Of a DNA stretch of 64,000 bases, positions 35,761 to 45,727 are shown piece by piece (positions within the stretch are counted from its first letter, which is position 1; the number at the start of each line of letters is the position of its first letter). Origin of the DNA: Phaeosaccion multiseriatum (Eukaryota; Protista; Ochrophyta, other classes); assembly GCA_965112735.1 (NCBI GenBank), contig OZ218957.1, positions 1,488,001-1,552,000 of the forward strand. The letters run 5' to 3'. Position numbers and translations under genes: made by a program. The notes below the pieces were generated by a model. The model worked only from the letters and a program-made list of their open reading frames with translations, was not told the origin of the DNA and made no database searches.

Positions 35761-37263
35761 TGGTGAGGCCAAGGCCTCCAAGGCGCCGTGCCGTGTGGAT
35801 TTGGAGGCGTTGGGTGTCCGTCCATGGCTCCTCTTGTGCATCTGCGGCCTGCTCCAGAGGGGGTGCGTCGGGGAGTCGCATGATGTGGGCCAGTGTCGCT
35901 CTGTTGGTGCGGTCTGCCCTGCTGCCGAGGGCGCGTCGGAAGATGGTTGGGTCGATTGCTCTCGCCAGGTGTGTGAGCCTGGCTGGGAGGCATTGGATGA
36001 GCACCAGGGTGGCCGCCGGTGTGTTGTCCCACTCGCTGCAATGTTTGGCGAGTTGAAGGTAGCCCCTGGGGTCTTCTTGGCCGAGGATGTTGTGGAGGTA
36101 CTCTTCGATGTACTCCTCCGTGCCTACGGGGATGCCGGCTACCACGGTACCCTCGGTGGCGAGTGTGGCGCCCTGCCGTTGGGCGTGGTCTCTGTCAGCC
36201 TGTGTTGGCTGTTTGCCTTTGCCCATAAGGTAGACCATCTTCCGCTCGTTGAACTCGAGGCCCAAGCCTCGGAATTGGGCTTGGAGATGGGCATGTCGTG
36301 GGGCGTAGGTCTGTAGGGGTGCATCGGGCTCCAGCTGCAACACCAGTGTGTCACAGTGTTGCAGCTGGAGCCCGATGCACCCCTACAGACCTACGCCCCA
36401 CGACATGCCCATCTCCAAGCCCAATTCCGAGGCTTGGGCCTCGAGTTCAACGAGCGGAAGGTCTACCTTATGGGCAAAGGCAAACAGCCAACACAGGCTG
36501 ACAGAGACCACGCCCAACGGCAGGGCGCCACACTCGCCACCGAGGGTACCGTGGTAGCCGGCATCCCCGTAGGCACGGAGGAGTACATCGAAGAGTACCT
36601 CCACAACATCCTCGGCCAAGAAGACCCCAGGGGCTACCTCCAACTCGCCAAACACTGCAGCGAGTGGGACAACACACAGGCGGCCACCCTGGTGCTCATC
36701 CAATGCCTCCCAGCCAGGCTCACACACCTGGCGAGAGCAATCGACCCAACCATCTTCCGACGCGCCCTCGGCAGCAGGGCAGACCGCACCAACAGAGCGA
36801 CACTGGCCCACATCATGCGACTCCCCGACGCACCCCCTCTGGAGCAGGCCGCAGATGCACAAGAGGAGCCATGGACAGCGGAAACCCTCGACTGGGGGCT
36901 CATGGGAGCCATCGACGGAGCGGACGCCTGAGGAGCAGGAGTACACAAGACAGCAGACATCGGGACCATCAGCACACAGCACAGCAACAACCATCAGTCA
37001 ACGACTTGTCTCCCGCACCACCCACACTAGGATAGTTCACCTATCACCACCACCACCTCACTCCCATCCCCCACCCCTTTATCCCCTCCTCCCCCCTTCA
37101 CTCCCTTCCCACTCCCCAGTATCCTCTACCTCCCCCTCTACCACCATTGCCATCCTCTCCCCCTCCACATCAATTCCATCACCACAACACACACACGCGT
37201 CTACACATGGTTACGACTTACCTCAAGAGCACCAATACCGAGCCCATAAGCTCTAATATAAAT
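35761..37263 (+). mobile_element. Retrotransposon insertion 5 (diverged subfamily): fold-back inverted duplication of an RT segment plus an internal deletion
   Basis: 35761-36343 is the reverse complement of element RT-region sequence. 36356-36876 is the same segment forward and then jumps to AETLDWGL and the 3' UTR. Confidence 0.88.
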
Positions 37264-37350
37264 CTCACACCCCTCCACAGTACAAGTCATGACCACAGCT
37301 CCATGCCTAATGCACAATCCTCCCTGCTTCGACTGCTTCTCACACTATCC

Positions 37351-38768
37351 AGGCACAGTTCGACGAGGCCCGCTCACGCGTACTCGAGCCGCCTGACCAC
37401 CAAGCCCAAGACACAGCGCGACGCAACGTGCGCAGGAGCCATCAGGCAGGCCGTCAACCGACCCACGGCGTCCAGAAGGCCCTCACCACCTTCATCCACA
37501 AACGCCGCCATGAGGAGCTGACGCAGAGCATCGCCACCATCGACGTCACACCGGCAGAGGCACAGAGGGGAGAGGAGACACAGGAAATGGCAACAGCCCG
37601 ACTCCACTCACAGCGAGGAAGGGGCGCCATGGCCTTCCTCGGAGCGCTCCCCCACGGCCACAACACCATGGCCCCCGCAGAATGGACCATGGCCCTTCGT
37701 CGCAACCTCGGTGTCAACACGCCATACGCGGACCCGCCCCCACCCTGCCTCGGCACAGGCTGCGCCCGCACGGCAAGCACCACCCACGCCACCATCTGCC
37801 CCCGCACCGGCCTCCACAACCACACACACCACCTCCTCGTCAAGGCCTTCGGGAGGATGATGCACAGCGTGGGCATTGGAGGAGCACGTGTAGAGGACCA
37901 GACCTGCTTCGACGGCCCCACGGGCACCCGAGCAGGCCGAGACCTACGCATGGACCTGACCTATCCCGCAGGTAGCTTCCCGGGAGCGGACGCACCCCTG
38001 CGGAGAAACCTCCTCTGCGACATCACCGTCACCAACCCCACCGCCCCCACTCACGTGGGACGGGCCTCCACCACGCCAGGCCACGCAGCAGCCGCCGCCG
38101 AAGAACGCAAGCGCACCCACTAACTGGGCAGTTTTCTGCCCGGGACTTCAACCCTGAAGTGCATTGCAATCGAGACGTACGGCAGACTGGGCCACCAAAC
38201 GGACGAGCTCATCGAGGCGATGGCCATCCACAAGGCATCAAGAGGGCTCGGCCCCGCAGCGGCGGCAGCCACGGGCCCCATCAAGGGCCTCCTGCGCCAA
38301 CAACTGTCCCTCGCCCTTCAACGCGCCCTCTCACAGCGGGAGATCAGGTATGGCACCCTCCTTCGAGCCACCATGACGCAGCACGAAGCAGCAGAAACCC
38401 TCGACTGGGGGCTCATGGGAGCCATCGACGGAGCGGCCGCCTGAGGAGCAGGAGTACACCAGCCAGCAGACAGCGAGACCATCAGCACACAGCATAGCAA
38501 CCACAGTTAGTCACGCCTTGTCACCCGCACCACCCACAGTAGGATAGTTCACATATCACCTCCACCACCTCACTCCTTCCCACACCCCTTCATCTCCTCC
38601 TCCCCCCCTCACTCCCTTCCCATTCCCCATTATCCTCTACTCTACCACCCTTACCATCCTCTTCCCCTCCACATCACGCTCCATCAATACCACACATACA
38701 CGCATCTACACATGGTTACAACTTACCTCGAGTGCTCCAATACTGAGCCCATAAGCTCTAATATACAT
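37351..38768 (+). mobile_element. Retrotransposon insertion 6, 5'-truncated, premature stop at 38121
   Basis: 12-bp TSD CTCACACTATCC (37339-37350 and 38769-38780). Confidence 0.92.
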
Positions 38769-38775
38769 CTCACAC

Positions 38776-38922
38776 TATCCTCTACTTCCCCCTCTGCCAC
38801 CATTGCCATCCTCTTCTCCTCCGCATCACTCTCCATCACTACCACACACACACACGCATCTACACATGGTTACCACTTACCTCGAGAGCTCCAATACTGA
38901 GCCCATAAGCTCTAATATACAT
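38776..38922 (+). mobile_element. Retrotransposon insertion 7, 3'-UTR-only fragment (~147 bp)
   Basis: 3' UTR sequence ending TAATATACAT, followed by CTCACACCCC. Confidence 0.88.
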
Positions 38923-38932
38923 CTCACACCCC

Positions 38933-40227
38933 TGGGTGGTGGGTCGGTACGGGCTGGGCCTGGCTGTAGCTGTCGTGTGCTGCGGCGTTGCCGTACGAGA
39001 CGGGTCCTCATTTGGGTAGTAGGGGCATGTAGAAGTGCGAATTTGTTAGCGGAAGTGCCGCGTCGCGCTGGTGGCGTATGGTGTTGCTCCATGTCGTTGG
39101 TGCGTGTCCATGCGTGTCTATGCGTGTGAGTGCTACTGTCTCTTCCTCGTGCGGCGTGGGGGGTGGTCGTACGAGGTCGGCGATGGCCTCGGCCGTATTG
39201 TGATGCAGTAATTCCGCCGCCGTCAGGTGGAGGTTTGGGAACTCTCGGCTGATGCGCCGGCTGGCTGAAGCTGGCGCTTGGTCTTCGAAATAGGTGTGCG
39301 GGTGCTGCGTGAGGGGGGTCGTGGGTGTGAGCTGGCTGTCGTCGTATTCGTCGCGAAGTATTGAGCCGATTTGCTCTGTGATGCTGTGTGCGTTTCTGTG
39401 AGTGGACGCGTTGGTGGTCCGGGCCAAATCTGAGGTTGGGAAATTGGCGGTTGGCCTTTCCGGGCTGCGTGCTGTGGCGGTCCTGCTTCGTCCCCGTGGC
39501 CTCGTGTTTCTGCGTACGGGTGCGGGGGTGGTAGGTGTAGGCTGCTGTGCTGTTGGTTGCGCTCGTTGCCTCTCTGGCGGGCGTGGTAGGTCCCACAGCA
39601 GCCTACACCTACCACCCCCGCACCCGTACGCAGAAACACGACGCCACGGGGACGAAGCAGGACCGCCAGAGCACGCAGCCCGGAAAGGCCAACCGCCAAT
39701 TTCCCAACCTCAGATTTGGCCCGGACCACCAACGCGCCCACTCACAGAAACGCACACAGCATCACAGAGCAAATCGTCTCAATACTTCGCGACGAATACG
39801 ACGACAGCCAGCTCACACCCACGACCCCCCTCACGCAGCACCCGCACACCTATTTCGACGACCAAGCGCCAGCTTCCGCCAGCCGGCGCATCAGCCAAGA
39901 GTTCCCAAACTTCAACCTGACGGCGACGGAACTAATGCATCACAACACGGCCGAGGCCATCGCCGCCCTCGTACGACCACCCCTCACGCCGCACGAAAAA
40001 GAGACAGCATCACTCACACGCAAGAACACGCATGGACACGTGACTTCCCTCCACCCCCCTTCACTCCCTTCCCACTCCCCATTATCCTCTACTTCCCCCT
40101 CTACCACCATTGCCATCCTCTCCCCCTCCACATCACTCTCCATCACCACAACACACACACGCGTCTACACATGGTTACAACTTACCTTAAGAGCTCCAAT
40201 ACCGAGCCCATAAGCTCTAATATACAT
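38933..40227 (+). mobile_element. Retrotransposon insertion 8 (diverged subfamily): fold-back inverted duplication of the 5' ORF region with internal deletions
   Basis: 38933-39590 is inverted element sequence, 39594-40040 is the same region forward, and about 40047-40227 is 3' UTR with the canonical end. Confidence 0.86.
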
Positions 40228-40310
40228 CTCACACCCCTCCACAGTACAACTCTTGACCACAGCTCCGTGCCTAATGCATAATCCTCCTTGCTGCGACAGC
40301 TTCTCACACC

Positions 40311-40837
40311 GCGGCGGCAGCCACGGGCCCCATCAAGGGCCTCCTGCGCCAACAACTGTCCCTCGCCCTTCAACGCGCCCTCTCACAGCGAGAGATCAGG
40401 TATGGCACCCTCCTTCGAGCCACGATGACGCGGCACGAAGCAGCGGAAACCCTCGACTGGGGGCTCATGGGAGCCATCGACGGAGCGGACGCCTGAGGAG
40501 CAGGAGTACACAAGACAGCAGACATCGAGATCATCAGCACACAGAATAACAACAACAGTTAGTCAACGACTTGTCTCCCGCACCACCCACACTAGGATAG
40601 TTCACATATCACCCCCACCACCTCACCCCTTCCCACACCCCTTCATCCCCTCCTCCCCCCTTCACTCCCTTCCCACTCCCCATTATCCTCTACTTCCCCC
40701 TCTACCACCATTGCCATCCTCTCCCCCTCCACATCACTCTCCATCACCACAACACACACACGCTTTTTTTTCTTTTCTTCATGGTTACCACTTACCTCAA
40801 GAGCTCCAATACCGAGCCCATAAGCTCTAATATACAT
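40311..40837 (+). mobile_element. Retrotransposon insertion 9, 5'-truncated (diverged 3' UTR)
   Basis: Canonical 3' end; TSD CTCACACC. Confidence 0.9.
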
Positions 40838-41080
40838 CTCACACCCCTCCACAGTACACCTCTTACGTATGCTCACAGCTCCATGCCTAGTGCACAATCC
40901 TCCTTGGACCCGCTGCTTCTCACACCCCTCCACAGTACATGTCTTGACCACAGCTCCATGCCTACTGCACAATCCTCCTTGGAATCCGCTGCTTCTCACA
41001 CCTCTCCACAGTACACCTCTTGACCACAGCTCCATGCCTAGTGCACAATCCTCCTTGGACCCGATGCTTCTCACACCCCT

Positions 41081-41404
41081 GGAGTACACAAGACAGCAGA
41101 CATCGAGACCATCAGCACACAGCATAGCAACAACAGTTAGTCAACGACTTGTCTCCCGCACCACCTACACTAGGATAGTTCACATATCACCTCCACCACC
41201 TCACCCCTTCCCACACCCCTTCATCTCCTCCTCCCCTCTTCACTCCCTTCCCACTCCCCATTATCCTCTACTTCCCCCTCTACCAACATTGCCCTCCTCT
41301 TCCCCTCCACATCACTCTCCATCACTACCACACACACGCATCTACACATGGTTACAACTTACCTCGAGCGCTCCAATACTGAGCCCATAAGCTCTAATAT
41401 ACAT
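41081..41404 (+). mobile_element. Retrotransposon insertion 10, 3' UTR only
   Basis: Canonical 3' end; TSD CTCACACCCCT. Confidence 0.9.
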
Positions 41405-42442
41405 CTCACACCCCTCCACGGCACACGTCTTTCTCACAGCTCCGTGCCTAGTGCACAATCCTCCTTGGACCTGATGCTTCTCTTTTTTTTCTGCTTAAGA
41501 CAGGGCCACCACGGAGGGGGACGACAGGGGGGCGTGCACGCGGCCCCCCGGAGCCCAGGAGACAGCAGCAAACACGCCAGCAGACCAGCAGGAGCCACCT
41601 ACGAGCCGCGCCCAGCAGCGGCTCGAAAGGAGGGAGAGACGGGCAGCGGCAGCAGCAAATCGCAACCCACCACCACGGGACCCCTTGCCCACCCCCATCA
41701 CGGCTCCACCAGCGGCCGCAGCGCCCCACAACACCCTCCAGCAGGACCCACAGCCCCCACCAGCAACGACGGAACCCCCAGCAACAGCAGCGGAAGTCCG
41801 CCCCCAGCAGCAGCAACCACAACCAACGACACAGCCACAAACAGCACCAGCCGCCAGGAGATCTACCACGCCCGCCAGCGAGGCAACGAGCGCAACACCA
41901 GCACGGCAACCAACACCTACCACCCCCGCACCCGTACAGAGAAATACGAGGCCACGGGGACGAAGCAGAACCGCCAGAGCACGCAGCCCAGAAAGGCCAA
42001 CCGCCAATTTCCGAGCGATTGTCCGAGCCTCAGATTCAGATTTGGCTCGGACCACCAACGCGCCCACTCACAGAAACGTACACACAATCTCCCAAATCGT
42101 CGTCTCAATACTTCGCGACGAATACGACGACAGCCAGCTCACACCCACGACCCCCCTCACGCAGCACCCGCACACCTATTTCGACGACCAAGCGCCAGCT
42201 TCAGCCAGCCGGCGCATCAGCCAAGAGTTCACAAACCTCCACCTGACGGCGGCGGAACTAATGCATCACAACACGGCCGAGGCCATCGCCGACCTCGTAC
42301 GACCAACCCCCACGCCGCACGAGGAAGAGACAGCAGCACTCACACGCATGGACACGCATGGACACGCACCAACGACATGGAGCAACACCATACGCCACCA
42401 GCGCGACGCGGCGCTCCCGCCCACCAATTCGCACCACTATAT

Positions 42443-42695
42443 TCGGCCCCCCGAGGGGCTTCTCGGGCTCCGGGCTTCTAGGCCATAGCCCCCTCCAGGC
42501 TTCGGGCTTCTGGCCGCAGGCCAAAGGTCTGGGCTTCGGGCTTCTCAGGCTGGGAAAAAAAATGGGAGACTTGGGCTTCTCGCTACTTTCCTGCAGGCTT
42601 CTGGCCGCAGGCCAGCCCCGGGCTTCTTGCTTTCGGCCGCAGGCCGCCTCAGGCTTCTGCTTATCGGGGGCCCGAGAAGCCCCGCGGGGGGCCGA
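42443..42695. mobile_element. Non-autonomous TIR element (MITE-like) A, 253 bp
   Basis: TIR TCGGCCCCCCG(A/C)GGGGCTTCTCGGGC of about 26 bp; internal GGCTTC repeats; CTATAT on both flanks. Confidence 0.85.
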
Positions 42696-42701
42696 CTATA
42701 T

Positions 42702-42907
42702 TCGACCCCTGACACGCTATCCGCTATCCGCTATCGGCCGGCGCCAGCCGGCGCGCTATCCGCTATCCCGGCGCCAGCCGGTGCGCTATCCGCTATCGCC
42801 GGCGCCAGCCGGCTTTGGGGGGGGGGGGGGTTGTGGGGGCGTGCTATCCGGCTGTCGCCGGCGCTATCCGCTATCGAGAAAGTGGGCGATAGCGTGTCAG
42901 GGGTCGA
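42702..42907. mobile_element. Non-autonomous TIR element (MITE-like) B, 206 bp
   Basis: Perfect 20-bp TIR TCGACCCCTGACACGCTATC; internal CGCTATC repeats; CTATAT on both flanks. Confidence 0.85.
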
Positions 42908-44483
42908 CTATATGCCCCTCCTCAGACAAGCTCTAAGGAGCGGAGGCCCCCCCACCACCCCCGCGAGACCCCAGGGGGGAGGTGACTACCCCCTTGGATG
43001 GCAACAGATCGTAGAGGCTTATGCCCATACGCTTGCAGGCCAAGGGATCACCTCCAACGAGTTGGTCAACGACTACATCGCCACCTCACGACAGGAGGAA
43101 CTCATCGCGGTATTACCCGACGTCCAAGTCATCGTCGAGCATTTCGGCCACGCCCTACGCGTTCACACCAGCAACAATACCACCTCCCCCTTCGCCAACA
43201 CCATGGCCACAGAGTGGTGGGCACCCGGCCAAGCCCTCGCCCTACGCACGCGACAGGCCCCCCGGGGAACGGCACCAGCCAGGGCCCACAACACCCCCCG
43301 CCCAAAGCGACACAACCACGCCAGCGACGGACGACGCCCACAACAACACCACCGCGTACCGCAGGAACATAGACAACAACTGCATCGCCACGGGAGTCCT
43401 CTGTAACTTCGGCGAGTGCAATGACACCTTGCTTCGTCACGGTCGGCAACTCCAGAGACAGACCGCCTCATCAGGCACCAGTCGAGCCACCATCCGAACC
43501 GCGGCCGAGAGTGGGACCGATGGATGCGCGAACACCACCCCCCAGGCCGCGTCAATCCTGTGGTACCGCGCCAACGGCCCACAGAGCGGCCCACAGAACA
43601 ACACGTACCAGCTACGTGACTGTAACCGGGGATGCGGCAACCTGGCCCACAGAAACTCCGGCAGATCCGTCCTCAGAAGCTTCCCACAATCAGGCCTACG
43701 ACAATCCATATGCAACGCATGCATACGAGTATACGAAGCCGCAAACCTACCAGCATCGTCAACCATCCCACGAGCTCGCAGCACGCCCCCACCGACAAGA
43801 GCGGGTGGAGCAGAGACTACACGAGAGCACGAACAAGAGGGAGGAGGGAGAGGAGCGCGAGCAGGACAAAGGGGAGGAGGACGAGGAGGCCCAGGAGGAA
43901 GAGTAGTAGCAGGGGGAGAAAAGGGCGAGAACAGCAGAGGCGGACTAGTACCCGCCCCTTGTTCATCATGAAATTCATATTTTTTTCTTCAATCGCACTC
44001 ACTGCCTGTTGACCAAACGACCTGTTCGCCACTCCCACCTCGAGTGTCGTGTGCGTGAGCTCCCTGCTCCCTCCGACGTCAGTCACATCGCCATGATGAG
44101 TATGGGAGCCTGACAGCAAGAGAGCAGCCGAGCCTACGGCAGCCCAGCCTGATGGCCTCACAGCCTGACAGCCTCTCCTCCCCATCCCACAACCGAATCA
44201 TAGAATATGCAAGTGATCTAATCAAATCAAATCGGCAAGCTTGAGAGACTTGGCCACGAGCAAAGGCCCCTCCTCGTCAGTAGCTTTGACCCGGCTCATG
44301 CCTTCCGTGCTCCCGCCGCCTCCCTGCACAGCCAACACAACACACATGAATACATCCAGAGGGCAACAACAGCAGAGCAGAGCAGAGCAGAGCAGCAGCG
44401 AGGGCCCGGCGTAAGGGCGACAGGGCGCAGCTGCTTCACACGAGTCCGTGTGTACGGGTCACGTCAAGCACGGGGCAGAATGT

Positions 44484-44584
44484 TAGAAGTCGTGCTTTTG
44501 CTAGACTGATACCTATCCTCTGAATTCAGACCCCGCTAGGGAATTCACAGGATAGGTACCAGTCTAGCAAAAGTAGGACTTCTA
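44484..44584. repeat. ~100-nt imperfect inverted repeat (long hairpin)
   Basis: TAGAAGTCGTGCTTTTGCTAGACTGATACCTATCCTCTGAATTC, a 13-nt loop, then GAATTCACAGGATAGGTACCAGTCTAGCAAAAGTAGGACTTCTA. Confidence 0.85.
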
Positions 44585-45686
44585 CCAAGAACACTCCCAG
44601 CATCCATCGTGGCAGTGGCAAGGCGTGAAAGTCACTCGCCCCATTACCCTCCTCCCTGTTGGCTTATTCCAACCCATAACCCCTTGGACAAGACTCGCAG
44701 ACACTTCCACCCCTCTCTCTCCTCGTCTATGCCCTCGGTCTTCCGCTGTCTCCTGCCCCAAGCCTCCGACCTCCAACACCCCCTAGCCCCCCCCCGACCC
44801 ACCCACACCCACCCACTCATCCACCCACCCACCATGGTACGATGGTGCAAGCCAAGCTTCACCCTGGCGAAGATACAGAGTTGTACGCAGGAGTTGAGCT
44901 GGACAGCTTCGCGTCACTACATCCCCAGTCCCGAGGTATCAGCACCCGCACAAGCCCCTGCCACGCGCCCCACACGCACGCACGCTCGCAGCGCCTTCCG
45001 TCCCCGCCTCTTCTTCTCACTCGCCGCCACCATGCCCTCCTCCAGCACCTCCCACTCGTCCTGCTGCTTCTCGTCATCCTCATCACCCCCTCCTCCTCCT
45101 GAGCGATAGCGCTGGTAGGCAGACACAAAGCCTCGAATCGTGCTCTCCAGGCTGGTCCCCTTCCTCTTGGTGCGCACAGCGTAGTGGGGCAGCAGCAACA
45201 CCTTACTCTGGCCCACAGACACCACCACGCCATTCGACAGCTGCCTATCCTGGTGGCCCCAGCAGGCTATGGCAGCGTCGGCAGCAGCATCTTCCAGCTC
45301 TCTCCAAAGATCATTGGGAAGCTGAATCTCATCCCCGACATGAAGCCCCAGCCTCGCAAGCAAACCTCCTCCATCCCCATCCTCCTCCGCTGCTTCCTTC
45401 TCTTCCTCTTGCATCTCCCCTCCCTCAACTGAAGGGGGGAACTTCGCCCTCTTCCTTCCTCTCCTTTCGATGTCGGTGGCAGCTCCTCGCTTGGGTTTAG
45501 GCGTGCCCTGGGTTATCTTCCCCGTCTGCTCCGCTCCCTCCCCTTTCATTCGAGCATGACGCCAACACATTCCACCACATCCACCTTTTGCTTGCTTCTC
45601 ACACCCCTCCACAGTACACCTCTTAGGTATCCTCACAGCTCCATGCCTAACGCACAATCCTCCTTGGACCCGATGCTTCTCACACA

Positions 45687-45707
45687 CCCATAAGCTCTAA
45701 TATACTT
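45687..45707 (+). mobile_element. Retrotransposon insertion 12, a minimal ~21-bp 3'-terminal fragment
   Basis: CCCATAAGCTCTAATATACTT between two CTCACACA copies. Confidence 0.75.
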
Positions 45708-45727
45708 CTCACACACCACACCCCATC

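Larger units (their letters stand above)
33811..41482 (-). pseudogene. Zinc-finger repeat gene copy 2, with a 4-bp frameshifting insertion near 34043 and insertions 4-11. Repeat pieces at 41482-41405, 41080-40838, 40310-40228, 37345-37264 and 34580-34450
   Basis: Same C-terminal domain as copy 1. CTVEGCEK..GGLC..HG units lie between the retroelement copies. No 5' part of the gene is visible. Confidence 0.78.
41483..43945 (+). mobile_element. Retrotransposon insertion 11: 5' third of a full-length, decayed, diverged copy; 3' part lost; contains two nested TIR elements
   Basis: 5' end T8-CTGCTTAAGACAGGGCCACC-ACG (start codon mutated); multiple frameshifts; homology ends abruptly at ...AGCAGAGGCGGA. 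Confidence 0.88.

Noticed and set aside
43946-43960. CTAG at the breakpoint of insertion 11 as a Helitron end
   Set aside because: I could not identify the expected subterminal hairpin or a matching TC terminus.
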